Shown here in pieces: positions 10,986-24,987 of a stretch of 64,000 bases of DNA (position 1 is the first letter of the stretch; every line of letters begins with the position of its first letter). Made by a program: the position numbers and the translations under genes. Origin of the DNA: Escherichia coli (GTDB lineage: Bacteria; Pseudomonadota; Gammaproteobacteria; Enterobacterales; Enterobacteriaceae); assembly GCF_003018235.1 (NCBI RefSeq), contig NZ_CP027438.1; one strand, 5' to 3'. Below the pieces are notes generated by a model. It was given only the letters and a program-made list of their open reading frames with translations. It was not told the DNA's origin and did not search any database.

Positions 10986-11774
10986 TTAGATATCGGAACT
11001 TTCTAATCGGATGCGTTTCTCTTTCTGTCTGGTGAGGAATTTTTTCGGTGTCAACCCATAATATAAATTAAACACCTTGATGAAGTGAGAAACACTTGAT
11101 ATTCCTACCATACAAGATATTTTGCTCATTTGCAATTCATTTCTTAATATTAACATCGCTGCCTTTTTCATCCTCACTTCAAGAAGAATCTGGCAAAAAC
11201 TGGTATTCTCGGCACTCAGTTTTTTACGTATAGATATTTCAGACAAGCAGATTTCTTTTGCAATAGTTGATAACTTCCATTTTTTAGATGTGTCAAGCTC
11301 AATAATCCTACGTATTCTGTCACTAAATAAATTTGTTGTTGATGTTATTAATGCGTCAAATATCCTTTGAGGATCTTGTCCTTTAGATAAAAAGCATGCT
11401 AATTTATACAGTTTGAGCCTGTAGTTATTCGTTGATTTTATTGCTTTATATAACTCATTGGATAACTTATCTTTTTCTATTAAAAATATATAATTTTCTG
11501 TCTTATTTTTTTTTGTATGACCTAGGGATTTAAGCTTACCATCATAAAAAAATGGGGACATTATCTTAATTACATTATTAATATCGCCTTGGTTTAATTC
11601 GATGCAATCATATGGGGCAGTAGTTAGCAATCTTCTCTTTTCTATAAGAAGAAAGCAATTGCTTTTAATAGTGATTGCTTTTATCCCATTGGTAATGCTT
11701 ATATGACAGCCATTTGAATTTATCAAAATGTAGTCATTGGTATGGAGTTTTTTTCTTGTCTCTATCGTTTTCAT
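10986..11774 (-). CDS. AraC/XylS-family virulence regulator of the Rns/CfaD/AggR/PerA group
   Basis: C-terminal double-HTH region closely resembles Rns-family regulators (KISCMVGISSVSHFIKVFNLYYGLTPKKF); AT-rich; divergent from the aatD-like gene. Confidence 0.8.
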   Translation of the reverse strand: MKTIETRKKLHTNDYILINSNGCHISITNGIKAITIKSNCFLLIEKRRLLTTAPYDCIELNQGDINNVIKIMSPFFYDGKLKSLGHTKKNKTENYIFLIEKDKLSNELYKAIKSTNNYRLKLYKLACFLSKGQDPQRIFDALITSTTNLFSDRIRRIIELDTSKKWKLSTIAKEICLSEISIRKKLSAENTSFCQILLEVRMKKAAMLILRNELQMSKISCMVGISSVSHFIKVFNLYYGLTPKKFLTRQKEKRIRLESSDI

Positions 11775-12128
11775 ATAAAAATATATATACCGATTTTATG
11801 ATTCTAGAATGCATTATTATACTTATATTTTCATCATGATATGTTATATTTTTCAATATTCGGCTACTCAAAGTGAAGTTTATTGGTCCCTTTTTTGTTT
11901 CTTGTAGGAGGATATTTCAATTTATTAATTTCACTGGCTTTAGATACGTTGCTGATCAGTTCTTCAACATGGTTAAGTAAATCGGCTTTGTGTTTAATAT
12001 CGAAGTTGGCTGTATTCCAAAATACAGCAAAGAACCTTGCGAAGAAGTTCGAGAGCTATATAGCCTTACATGAACGATTACCAATTCTGATAGGTCGCTT
12101 AGGCATAACAATAAAATTATACGGAAAA

Positions 12129-13349
12129 ATGATTATAGATTTCCTCATGATATTATATTTGTTTTTTTTGCTCAAGTATGTGACTAAAGGAAAATTTACC
12201 ATCGCATTATTATTCTTGCTATTTTTTAATGTTTTATTTTTCGTCTTTATTTTTGATAATAGTTCTTGGGATGTTATTAAATCTAGTTATGGGATGGCAC
12301 CATTTGCTTTGTCATCTATAATAAATGCGCAGGTTATACTAGTATTTTTTTTGCGCAATAAAGGCGCTTATAAAATTGGACTGTCATCTTTTATCCCTCC
12401 AATTTTGTTTTCTTTCTGGGACTTTAATTTTATCTTTCCCGCTCATCCGTTGATGACTTTATATCAATATGATATCTTTTATAAGTTTCTTCCCAGATTT
12501 CACATAAATTTGATTAATGTAATTATATTATATACAATTCCGTTTTGTTTTTTGTTACCATTAAAAAGAATTATTTTAATTTTATTAATCGCATGTCTAT
12601 CATTTTTTACTAACTGGAATTTATCTGAACATAAAAAATTAGGTATAAAAGTTCTTATTGTACAGACGGGGATGTATGCATCAACACATGGCAGAATGGC
12701 TGACTTAAGGGATGAAGTTTTTAAGTACAGAGATGCTGACATTGTCATTTTTTCAGAATCACCAATTGTTGGATTTAAAGATGGTAGCCGGACTGCATTT
12801 AGCCGTGAATTTCTTGATGAGATAAAAAGAAAACGTGACGGGAAACTTTATATTCTTAATAGTTATGGGTTTATTGATGATGAAAGACACAATAACAATT
12901 TAAGCTTATATGTTTTAGATGGAAAAACCTTTGTTAAATATAAAAGTAAACTTGTACCTTTTTGGGAGACACCTGGTCTATTTTATAGAGATGTTGACTG
13001 GGAATCACCATATTTTTCCATTCCATCCACAAATAACAATGATAAATATAAATTCAGAAATATATATATAAACTCATATATTTGTTATGAGGCAATGTTT
13101 GTTAATCACTTCAACAAGTTAAGTGATTTAACAATAATACAATCAAATTATGAATCATTTAGTAAAGGTTATGATAGCGTAGTGAAGAATGGTAATGTTC
13201 TGGCTTATGTGAATAAATCATATAGTTTTAAAAATTTCATATCTGTGCAAAATATGGGGGGGACTATATTTGTCGATAGCTCAGGAAGGTTTCATTGGGA
13301 TGTATATAAAAAGTCCAAAGAAAAATCTGTATTTCTTTTGGAAATTTAA
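12129..13349 (+). CDS. aatD: Apolipoprotein N-acyltransferase (Lnt)-family protein, AatD-like
   Basis: Polytopic N-terminus plus CN-hydrolase domain with Lnt-type Glu (FSESP), Lys (YKSKLVPFWE) and Cys (ICYE) motifs; longer ORF from TTG 11883 is possible. Confidence 0.6.
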   Translation: MIIDFLMILYLFFLLKYVTKGKFTIALLFLLFFNVLFFVFIFDNSSWDVIKSSYGMAPFALSSIINAQVILVFFLRNKGAYKIGLSSFIPPILFSFWDFNFIFPAHPLMTLYQYDIFYKFLPRFHINLINVIILYTIPFCFLLPLKRIILILLIACLSFFTNWNLSEHKKLGIKVLIVQTGMYASTHGRMADLRDEVFKYRDADIVIFSESPIVGFKDGSRTAFSREFLDEIKRKRDGKLYILNSYGFIDDERHNNNLSLYVLDGKTFVKYKSKLVPFWETPGLFYRDVDWESPYFSIPSTNNNDKYKFRNIYINSYICYEAMFVNHFNKLSDLTIIQSNYESFSKGYDSVVKNGNVLAYVNKSYSFKNFISVQNMGGTIFVDSSGRFHWDVYKKSKEKSVFLLEI

Positions 13350-13559
13350 TTTTACATTTAATCCAGATGAAAATATATATGTGGTGTGGAACAGGCTTCG
13401 GTTGTCGAATAATGATTATTATTTCACAAATTATGAGAGACTTAGGAAGTAATAGAGTCATACCTATAGTTATTGATAATGAGCAATCAAATGTGCTGAC
13501 ATTTGTAGCAACATGTTTATGGTTAGATTTTTATCAGAAATTACGAACAACGCTATAGA

Positions 13560-14700
13560 TAACCTGTAAGTATCCTGCATAATTGTGGTATTCATATTTA
13601 GAGATCATACGGCATAATCAATCTATCAACGAAGGAGATCGCTATGCATAAACCTGTTGTACTGGGCATCAGATCATCGCTGTGATTAAGTCAGTTGAAG
13701 CCAGACGAACCGCTAAAGATGTCTGCCGGAAGGTCGGTATCTCTGAAGCCACCTACTAAACAGATGTTTGCTGACCTGAGTCTGGAGAACCGGGCGCTGA
13801 AAGACGTTATCGAAAAAAGCATTAAAACAAGCCTTTAAGCGTGAGCTGGTCACTCATCTGATAACGACATTCGGACTCAGTATCCGTCAGGCCTGCCGGA
13901 GTCTGAACCTGAGCAGAACGGTTTACCATTACCGCTGTCAACGCCACGATTTTGACCGTCCTGAAAGGTTAGATAAGCACGTTCTACACGGCCTTTTGCC
14001 TGACTGGTTTCTGCGCACAGCAGTGTGATATTGAGGGAGCGCATGACCCTGGCAAACTGAGCTTCACCGGGACCGGTGGTAGCATGCTTATTGTTTACCC
14101 GGAAGACACTGGCTTTGTCGCTGTAGAGGAACATGGGCTTACCATGTTTTCCGATATAGCTACGGGTCGCTTCAAAATAGGTAAATGTGGATTCAGATTT
14201 CACAAACAGCAAGTGCATCAGGCGACTGGTGGCATCGTCAACATAGACAAGAGCTGTACAGGGTCGACCCCGGTTTTCAAACCAGTGGTGGTCACAGCCA
14301 TCAATTTGTATCAGCTCGCCAGCACAAGGCCGCGGTAATGAGGCTGATGAATTTTAGGTGCGCGCTGTCCGCGTGGGGCCAAAATCACGGTATTGCTCCC
14401 TGATTATACTGAGTGCCTGATCTGTCAGTGACGCTGGCAACAGACGGTTACCAGTGCGGCCACGACTCTGGTTGTTCATGCCAAGCGGTCCGAGTTGACG
14501 ATGGCGTTTCAGCAGTCGGCTGCAATGACGTGGTGTAATGCCGAGCATCTCCGCAGCCTGGCCAGGACGCAGATTGCGATCGATGACATCCTGAAGGATT
14601 TTGAGGCGGTTGATTTCTTTCACGTTAAACATCCCGGCGTCATGTATAGCCATAGAAAACTCCTCATCAGGAAAAGTGAGTCGTTGTCTAGACATACAGA
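13560..14700. mobile_element. Nested IS debris: IS3-family orfA fragment and a disrupted rve-type transposase
   Basis: Plus-strand IS3-type OrfA pieces (KDVCRKVGISEATY, LENRALKDVIEK) at about 13620-13870; minus-strand ORFs 13877-14218 and 14354-14695 give an HTH N-terminus and integrase-core fragment in different frames. Confidence 0.45.
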
Positions 14701-14959
14701 TCTGAGAACTATCGCCTGGACATCCCTAATTGGGTAATTGGAGCCACAAAAGACATTAGCAGTGAGCCTCTACAATCTTGATGCGCACAATCTATCTTAT
14801 GTTAAATCTAGACAAAATAACGTCTAAAAGCGATACCTTATACAAATAACAACACTAAATTTTTACGCCAGTAGCCCGAACTAGACTGGCCCCCTGAATC
14901 TCCAGACAACCAGTATCACTTAAATAAGTGATAGTCTTAATACTAGTTTTTAGACTAGT

Positions 14960-16120
14960 CATTGGAGAACAGATGATTGATGTATTAGGGTCGGAGAAAC
15001 GCAGACGGCGTACCACACAGGAAAAGATCGCTATTGTGTCAGCGCCAGTGATATAAGACGGTAATTCACCATTTGGATTGTCCGCTCCACCCAACATGTT
15101 GTTTCCTTAAGGTTCTCACACCAGGAAGGAAGTCTTACTGCTGTGGCCGCCGGAGAACAGGTTGTTCCTGCCTCTGAACTTGCTGCCGCCATGAAGCAGA
15201 TTAAAGAACTCCAGCGCCTGCTCGGCAAGAAAACGATGGAAAATGAATTCCTCAAAGAAGCCGTTGAATATGGACGGGCAAAAAAGTGGATAGCGCATGC
15301 GCCCTTATTGCACGGGGATGGGGAGTAAGCTTCGTCAGCCGTTGTCTCCGGGTGTCGCATGCGCAGTTGCACGTCATTCTCAGACAAACCGATGACTGGA
15401 AGGATGGCCGCCGCAGTCGTTATACTGATGATACGGATCCATGTTATCGGAGAGCTGCCCACGTATGGTTATCGTCGGGTATGGGCGCTGCTTCGCAGAC
15501 AGGCAGAATTTGATGGTATGCCTGCGATCAATGCCAAACGTGTTTACCGGATCATGCACCAGAATGCGGAAAAACCTGCTGTACCGCCATCGAAACGGGC
15601 ACATACAGGCAGAGTGGCCGTTAAAGAAAGCAATCAGCGATGGTGCTCTGACGGGTTCGAGTTCTGCTGTGATCGTGAGGCACTGCACTGGGCGGTGACT
15701 ACCGGCGGCTTCAACAGTGAAACAGTACAGGACGTCATGTTGGGAGCGGTGGAACGCCGTTTCGGCAACGATCTTCCGTCGTCTCCAGTGGAGTGGCTGA
15801 CGGATAATGGTTCATGCTACCGGGCTAATGAAACACGCCAGTTCGCCCGGATGTTGGGACTTGAACCGAAGAACACGGCGGTGCGGAGTCCGGAGAGTAA
15901 CGGAATAGCAGAGAGCTTCGTGAAAACGATAAAGCGTGACTACATCAGTATCATGCCCAAACCAGACGGGTTAACGGCAGCAAAGAACCTTGCAGAGGCG
16001 TTCGAGCATTATAACGAATGGCATCCGCATAGTGCGCTGGGTTATCGCTCGCCACGGGAATATCTGCGGCAGCGGGTCTGTAATGGGGTAAGTGATAACA
16101 GATGTCTGGAAATATAGGGG
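14960..16120 (+). mobile_element. IS2-like element, degenerate
   Basis: orfA start MIDVLG..RRRRTTQEKIAIV is followed by a non-IS2 segment and stop; orfB split between ORFs 15286-15513 and 15359-16117 (frameshift), with recognisable InsD motifs ([27 protein letters not shown]). Confidence 0.65.
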
Positions 16121-16668
16121 CAAATCCACGAACCCAAAGTGGGTTATGTACAGATGAAGGCTGACAGTGTCATATACAGTCACGTGCTATTATTGGTTGG
16201 GCTATGTTGCCATGTCTGGAGGCGTTATGTCCCCCACAGGGCATTATCGTTCGCTTAGCATAGTTCAATATTACAAATGGTAGAATCACTTTTTAAATAA
16301 CATCCTATATATGCAGAGCTGCTGCACTATAACTTTGGTATCATCTATGGGGTAAGTGTAAAATATCAATAATGGCTCAAGTTACTTTCGTTATTATGTA
16401 AGGTATATATTCATGCATATTTATACGGTAGCCTATTATGTAGAGGATATACAATAGCTATGGTTTATTTTCCTTTGCTAGGATTTGTATGATTTTTTAC
16501 TCATTTACAGCATTGACATCAGTAGACTGTGATTCTAGGTGTGTAACCCGAAGATGTTATTTTTTATATCTAGTCAGTATACAGCCAAATAGAGTGCAGG
16601 TGTTTTTTGTTGCTATAAAAATCGTTGGAATAATTAAATGGTATTATCAATGAACCATCAGCAATAAT

Positions 16669-17796
16669 ATGTATATATATATAGTTGAAGCAATATTAAA
16701 TCTCAAAGAAAACATCAAATACACATTAACATTTATATTATTTTTATCACTTAGTTTTCTTGGAGTTATTATTACAGATTCTTTAATTTATAGCGTATCA
16801 ATACAGGCTGAAAAAGAATTAAAGTCTAATGGAAACAATATTATGTCTATTGATTTACATACCCCTACATCAGCAGATAGGATAAAGAAAGTATTAAGTA
16901 AATGTTGTACAGAGCTATCTTTTTCACAACATTCTTTTCTGAATGGAGGGAAATCACCTTATTCCAGTGACGGATTGCCCGTAATAGCTGTAGATAAAAA
17001 AGGGATTAGTCTTATTATGGATGAAAAAATTGGAAAAAAATTCGAAGGTAATGTGGCGGTTTACAATAATAATAAACAAACAGAGTCAATTAATCCAGAA
17101 TCTATATTCCTAAATGGCTTGCCTTTTCAAATTATTGGCATAAAGAATAAATCCAAAACAGAGTTTCTTGATAGTCTTGGGTTATCCACGAACAGTTCAA
17201 ACGAGAAATATTATATCCCTCTAGAGACTCTGTTTAGGTTTAATCTATCTAATGAGATCGATAATGTAAAAATAATAATGAATAGAGATGTAACCTCTGA
17301 CATGATAACAATGATAGAACATACACTAAATGAAAACAATATAAATAGATACACAATAACGACATCTTTAGATGCAAGAGAAATTGTGGATAAGGTATTA
17401 AACAGATTCTCTATTCTTACAAATTCAATATATATATTATTAACTACTACAGCTATTTTTAGTAGCATAACTGTATGTAAAAGAAATTTCTTTTCCAGAA
17501 CAACAGAGTACTCATTAAAATTAATACATGGTATATCTTATAGCTCTATAAGAACAATATTAATAATAGAGACCATTTTTACTGTTGCTGTAAGTCTATT
17601 ATTTTCCATTCTAATTTCGGCATTAACAATAATATCAATGTCGGGATTGCTATCTATTGATATAAGCATAAGATGGTTTATGATAATAATATCTTTAACT
17701 ATTGTACTATTAACTTGTTTTAGTGCTAACTTCTATTACAGCAATAAGACCTTTAAAATAAACCCTATCGAGCTAATAAGATTAAGAGCAAAATGA
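16669..17796 (+). CDS. aatP: ABC-transporter permease (MacB/FtsX-like), AatP-like
   Basis: 375 aa, N-terminal TM helix, periplasmic domain, C-terminal TM bundle; first gene of a permease/OMP/adaptor/ATPase set in aatPABC order. Confidence 0.6.
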   Translation: MYIYIVEAILNLKENIKYTLTFILFLSLSFLGVIITDSLIYSVSIQAEKELKSNGNNIMSIDLHTPTSADRIKKVLSKCCTELSFSQHSFLNGGKSPYSSDGLPVIAVDKKGISLIMDEKIGKKFEGNVAVYNNNKQTESINPESIFLNGLPFQIIGIKNKSKTEFLDSLGLSTNSSNEKYYIPLETLFRFNLSNEIDNVKIIMNRDVTSDMITMIEHTLNENNINRYTITTSLDAREIVDKVLNRFSILTNSIYILLTTTAIFSSITVCKRNFFSRTTEYSLKLIHGISYSSIRTILIIETIFTVAVSLLFSILISALTIISMSGLLSIDISIRWFMIIISLTIVLLTCFSANFYYSNKTFKINPIELIRLRAK

Positions 17797-19004
17797 AATA
17801 TTTCAAAAATTTGTCACTCATAGTCTTTGTTAATTTTTGCTTTTGTAGTAATGCCTTGTCCTCATGCAGTCTTGATGTATATTTGATGAAATCGAAAACA
17901 TATAGATCATTCAATATAGAGCAAGAAGAAACAAGCATACAAAATAAGCATTTTTCTTCGTCGTATTTACCAAGTATATCTGTAGGAATGGGGCAATATA
18001 TTAATAATGACAAAGGGTTCGTAGACCTTGGAAAGACTTCTTTTTATATTTCAGCGTCACAACTTATCTTTTCAGGTGAAAGTTTAGGATATAATAATAA
18101 AAAAAATGAAATTGATGATAATAGAAGGCATATTTCATTCGAAAAAGAAAAAAATGATATGTTACTGAAAATATATGAAGATACAATACAACATAAATAT
18201 TTAAGTGAAAATATAAAACTAACATTAAATCAACTAAATAAAGTTCAGGCTGAGTATCAAAAATCACTATTGGATTTAAAGTCTGGTAATATACCATCAC
18301 TAGAAGTAGATGTTAAGTCATTAAATGTTTCAAAAATGAAAAATACTCTTAATACACTTTACGATGACTTAAAATTACTTGAGGAAAAATTTATTGCTGA
18401 TTATTCAATACCTCCTGAAAATATATCTAAAATTACTGACAGTGATATTATATCATGTAAGTCAATGGGATATCGCGAGCTGCTCGAAACAAACAAACAG
18501 AATAAACTACAACAAGCAGATGTTGAACTTGATATCAATAAGTCGGCACTACTTCCGTCTGTATATTTATCTGTTGGGTTGACACCAAAAAATGAGGGAA
18601 CACTCAGAGACTTGAATCTTCGGACAATGAACTATAATGGTGGGATAAGTGTTAGCATTCCATTAACGAATATTTTTAATTCTTTCGCTAACCAAGAAAA
18701 ATTTGCACTTAGTGTTACTAAAGCTAATCTGGAGTCAGACGATGAGAAAAAAAAACTGCTTATAATGAAGAAGAATATTCTTAATAAATACTCGAACATT
18801 AAAAATGACATACCCATTTTGGAAAAAGAAGTTGAATTAAAAAGAAAAAAAATAGAATACCTGCAGTGGATGGTAAAAGATAAAAAAGAAAATGTGCTTT
18901 CATACCTTAACTCACAGGATGAATTATATGACTCAACAATTAAACTTAACAAATATAAGCGCGATCTCAAATATTACAAGCTTTATCTTGATTTTATTAA
19001 TTAA
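17793..19004 (+). CDS. aatA: TolC-like outer-membrane channel, AatA-like
   Basis: Signal peptide and coiled-coil-rich TolC-like sequence; start overlaps aatP stop. Confidence 0.6.
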   Translation: MKYFKNLSLIVFVNFCFCSNALSSCSLDVYLMKSKTYRSFNIEQEETSIQNKHFSSSYLPSISVGMGQYINNDKGFVDLGKTSFYISASQLIFSGESLGYNNKKNEIDDNRRHISFEKEKNDMLLKIYEDTIQHKYLSENIKLTLNQLNKVQAEYQKSLLDLKSGNIPSLEVDVKSLNVSKMKNTLNTLYDDLKLLEEKFIADYSIPPENISKITDSDIISCKSMGYRELLETNKQNKLQQADVELDINKSALLPSVYLSVGLTPKNEGTLRDLNLRTMNYNGGISVSIPLTNIFNSFANQEKFALSVTKANLESDDEKKKLLIMKKNILNKYSNIKNDIPILEKEVELKRKKIEYLQWMVKDKKENVLSYLNSQDELYDSTIKLNKYKRDLKYYKLYLDFIN

Positions 19005-19740
19005 TTTATTTCCATGTGCCTTGCATGCCGAAGTCTATTATGGCATTTTAAGAGGAAGTGAGTCTATTTTATACAAAAGTCCATATTCCGGATTTATTGA
19101 TATAAATAATTTAAAAGAAGGTGATATCCTAGAAAATGAAAATATTTTCACCATTCATAATTATGAGTATGACAATAAGAAAAAAATTCTTTCATTACAG
19201 ATAAAAAAAGAAGAAAAGCAGAGGAAAAGATTAAAAAGGCAATTGAAAGACTCTTTTTTGGCCTATCAAAATGGATTTTTGTCCCATAATGACTTGGCTA
19301 ATTATGAAGACAAATTGGATGATATAGAGCTTTCATTGATAGGTTTACGTTCTGATTTAAATACTTTGGATAATGTATTGCAGTTAGGTAAAGTGAATAT
19401 AGATAGACCTTTTATTGTAAGAGATATTGGTGTTACAAATCGACAATATGTTAATTCTGGAGATTCATTAATAAACATTGAATTATTAGATAATTTCTTC
19501 GTTGATATAAAAATTGATCCAGTTGTGTTTAAAGGTAATATAAAGAATAAAAACGTAAATTATGTGTCCATGGTTGGGAACGTAACTGGAAAGGCTTCTG
19601 TTGTAAGAATCTCTAGTGTCATTGATAACGCAGGTTCTAAAGCATCAGGAATGAGGATGGTCACTCTACTCATACATGGCGAGAGAAACACTCTGCAGTC
19701 TCTATTAGACACAGCATTTAAGATTGAATTTAATGATTAG
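18928..19740 (+). CDS. aatB: Membrane-anchored periplasmic adaptor, AatB-like
   Basis: N-terminal hydrophobic anchor (ISNITSFILILLINLF); start chosen at ATG 18928 with SD AGGAT; longer ORF from 18892 overlaps aatA. Confidence 0.5.
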   Translation: MTQQLNLTNISAISNITSFILILLINLFPCALHAEVYYGILRGSESILYKSPYSGFIDINNLKEGDILENENIFTIHNYEYDNKKKILSLQIKKEEKQRKRLKRQLKDSFLAYQNGFLSHNDLANYEDKLDDIELSLIGLRSDLNTLDNVLQLGKVNIDRPFIVRDIGVTNRQYVNSGDSLINIELLDNFFVDIKIDPVVFKGNIKNKNVNYVSMVGNVTGKASVVRISSVIDNAGSKASGMRMVTLLIHGERNTLQSLLDTAFKIEFND

Positions 19741-20362
19741 CTTATATATAAACAAAAAAGAATTCAGAGATAAGACAATACTCTCTGACACATGCATTGA
19801 GATTATTGAAGGCGGTTTTTATGTAATAACCGGTCCCTCGGGTGTCGGTAAAAGTTCATTGCTTAATATAATTGGTTTATTAGATGGAGATTTTGATGGA
19901 AACTATATTTTCTATGATAAAAAGATAAGTTTCAGTAACTACAATAGTACGCAAGAGCTAAGGAGGTTGTATTTTGGATATATATTCCAAGACTCATTGA
20001 TTAATGAGAGGCAAGATCTTATTCGTAATATTCTTTGTTCTGTTGATTATTCCCTGCAGAACAACAGGAGGCATCTTGTTAATCATTTTTTGTCAGTTGT
20101 TGGATTATCTTCAAGGACAGAGAGTGCTTCTGTTTTATCAGGGGGGGAAAAACAAAGGCTCGCTCTAGCTAGAGCACTAATAAAAAAACCCAAAATATTA
20201 TTAGCAGATGAGCCAACGGCTAGTCTTGACAGAGAAAATAAAGAAAAAATAATGGATATATTCAAAAAATTCACTAATGAAGGAGGTACTGTAGTAATGG
20301 TGACTCATGATTTGGAATTAATAGATGAAAAAATTCAAGTAATAAGACTTAATAATCATTAA
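19724..20362 (+). CDS. aatC: ABC-transporter ATP-binding protein, AatC-like
   Basis: Walker A GPSGVGKSS, ABC signature LSGGEKQR, Walker B ILLADEP; 212 aa. Confidence 0.75.
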   Translation: MNLMISLYINKKEFRDKTILSDTCIEIIEGGFYVITGPSGVGKSSLLNIIGLLDGDFDGNYIFYDKKISFSNYNSTQELRRLYFGYIFQDSLINERQDLIRNILCSVDYSLQNNRRHLVNHFLSVVGLSSRTESASVLSGGEKQRLALARALIKKPKILLADEPTASLDRENKEKIMDIFKKFTNEGGTVVMVTHDLELIDEKIQVIRLNNH

Positions 20363-20657
20363 GAATCGATAAGCTATTTTTATCATCGGGCGGCACTGTA
20401 AGCCAGCGATAAATACGCAACGAAACGTACCATGCTGACAGATATCTTTAACAGTAACTACCAGTATTATGGCTATCGTCGCCTGCATGCGATGCTCAGA
20501 TATGAGGGGCTATGATTCTCAGAAAAATCTGAACGCAGACTTATGGTTACACGCCCCGACGCTGAACATGGTCAACACCATGTTGGATAACGCTGTCGAA
20601 ACGTTAAATACAGACGACTGACTGATGATACACAGCGATAATATTAGATTTACTAAG

Positions 20658-23102
<2,445 letters not shown>

Positions 23103-23113
<11 letters not shown>

Positions 23114-23915
23114 CTACATGCAGGCCTACCGAGCATCCGGTCTTTTGCCCGACATGGCGAACAATAACGCGGTGCATGTTAACGAAAAAATCATACCGAA
23201 TGTGGCCGCCGGTCTGATAAAAGTTAAACCCCTGGCAGAGCGTTTCACCGGAGAAGGCGCTATTAAGTTCGTCGACGCATCTCAGGAAAAATATGATGTA
23301 ATCATAACCTGTACAGGCTATGAAATGCCTGATTACTTGTTCATTCAGGGATTTGACAGAACACAGCTCTATGAGCACTTTTTCTGGACAGAGGACCCTT
23401 CTCTGGCCGTCATTAATCCCCCGGTGGATACCGCCGGTTTCGGGGCTGCGTTTCCCTATTTTGATATCATCAGCCAGTGGGTAATGAACGTATTCTCCGG
23501 GAAGACTTCCCTTCCGGAAAAAGAAGCTATGCGCAAATGGTGTGCTGAGCACATGGCTTCACTTCATGTTAAGCGATTTTATGACAGCTGGCTGGAAACC
23601 ATCCGGATTGGGTTGCTGTCAGGTCTTCTCCCGGACCCGGCCCGCGACTTTTCCCGATACTGGAACATCATCAGCAGTATGGTCAAACCTGCCTATCTGG
23701 CCACTCCTCCCGCATTTCCGGAGCATGGTATGATGGACAGCCTGTTTGATTTCCGGATCGCCAAAATACGCATACTGTCAGGGCTGGGAAACGATGCTCT
23801 CGGTTATTTACTGAAAAAAGGTGATATCACTGACGCAGAATACCGGGCGGCCCTGGAAATCGATCCCCGGCAGTCGATTTCTGTACACCTGCCGTATTCA
23901 CAGACCTACCTCTGA
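23103..23915 (+). pseudogene. Flavin-dependent monooxygenase-like protein, C-terminal fragment
   Basis: Contains FMO-type motif YDVIITCTGY; lacks the N-terminal FAD/NADPH-binding region. Confidence 0.35.
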
Positions 23916-23920
23916 TAAAA

Positions 23921-23950
23921 AGGGCCAGTAACGGCCCTTTTCTTTTTCAT
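23921..23950. terminator. Bidirectional rho-independent terminator between convergent genes
   Basis: GGGCC-agtaac-GGCCC hairpin flanked by A-run and T-run (aaaagggccagtaacggcccttttcttttt). Confidence 0.5.
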
Positions 23951-24429
23951 AATATTCTGAGCAGTCTTGCCGGGTTTCCTGCATAAATGCCTTTGTTCTC
24001 AATCGGTTTTACCACAACTGAACCCGCACCAATAACAGTTCCGCTGCATATATACGGAGACAGAATAATGGCTCCACTGCCAACAGTAACCGAATCCCCC
24101 AGGGTAATGCTGATCCAGTTATCCGGTGACGGATCTGGTGCTCCTGAACGAAACAGATCGTTGGCGAACGTCACGTTATGACCAATGAAGCAGTTCTCCC
24201 CCAGTGTTACGTTCTCACAAATAAACGTGTGCGACTGTATCCGGCTTCCACTACCAATGACACAGCCTTTCTGTATCTCAACGAAGGGGCCGACAAACAC
24301 GTTGTCCCTGAGTTCACATTCATAAATGTTGACCGGTTTGACAATACGGACATTGGTCCCATAAATCACATCCCGGACAGCACATTCCATAAATTTCATA
24401 CTCACACGTCCTTTAAATACAGATGACAC
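23947..24429 (-). CDS. Hexapeptide-repeat (left-handed beta-helix) acyl/acetyltransferase
   Basis: Repeated [LIV]G-x4 hexapeptides (VIGSGSRI, VTLGENCFIGHNV, ITLGDSVTVGSGAII, VIGAGSVV); 160 aa. Confidence 0.6.
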   Translation of the reverse strand: MSSVFKGRVSMKFMECAVRDVIYGTNVRIVKPVNIYECELRDNVFVGPFVEIQKGCVIGSGSRIQSHTFICENVTLGENCFIGHNVTFANDLFRSGAPDPSPDNWISITLGDSVTVGSGAIILSPYICSGTVIGAGSVVVKPIENKGIYAGNPARLLRIL

Positions 24430-24726
24430 TTGCCGGAATTATACAGCCCAGATTCACTTGCCATGTTTCAGAATAGCTTATAAGCCGCACTTTTACCGAT
24501 ACTCAGCAACAAATCAGGTCTGGATCCACTTCAGCCGGAAACCGGATCTGCGCGGCAGAAAAGACGCAAATAATATGATAATAAACAATACACATAAAAT
24601 CATATCAGATATGATTTTCATCATTAATTATGAAACCATATCTGATATTATTAATAATCAATAACACACAAATCATTCAGGATATGATTTTTACCTGTCA
24701 GAACATTATCAGATGGAGCGTGCAGG

Positions 24727-24987
24727 ATGGATCAGGAAATGACGTTTTCACTCAGCTATGAACAACTGACCCGGTTTGCGGAAAAACGCATCCGGGAATG
24801 CAATCTGGACAGCCAGGGCGTAACTTATCTCTGCGAGTCAGCCAAAGCCGGAGCCGTGCTGATCTTCTGGCATGAACTGGCCATAAATGGCTATACCTCA
24901 ATGAATGCCATAAAGAGACAGGAGATCATTGACGCCGACCATCAGCGCCTCAGAAAGCTCATCTGGCCGGAGGATGACTGGAAATGA
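24727..24987 (+). CDS. Hypothetical protein (86 aa)
   Basis: ORF translationally coupled (ATGA) to the downstream 196-aa ORF; GC-rich module. Confidence 0.3.
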   Translation: MDQEMTFSLSYEQLTRFAEKRIRECNLDSQGVTYLCESAKAGAVLIFWHELAINGYTSMNAIKRQEIIDADHQRLRKLIWPEDDWK

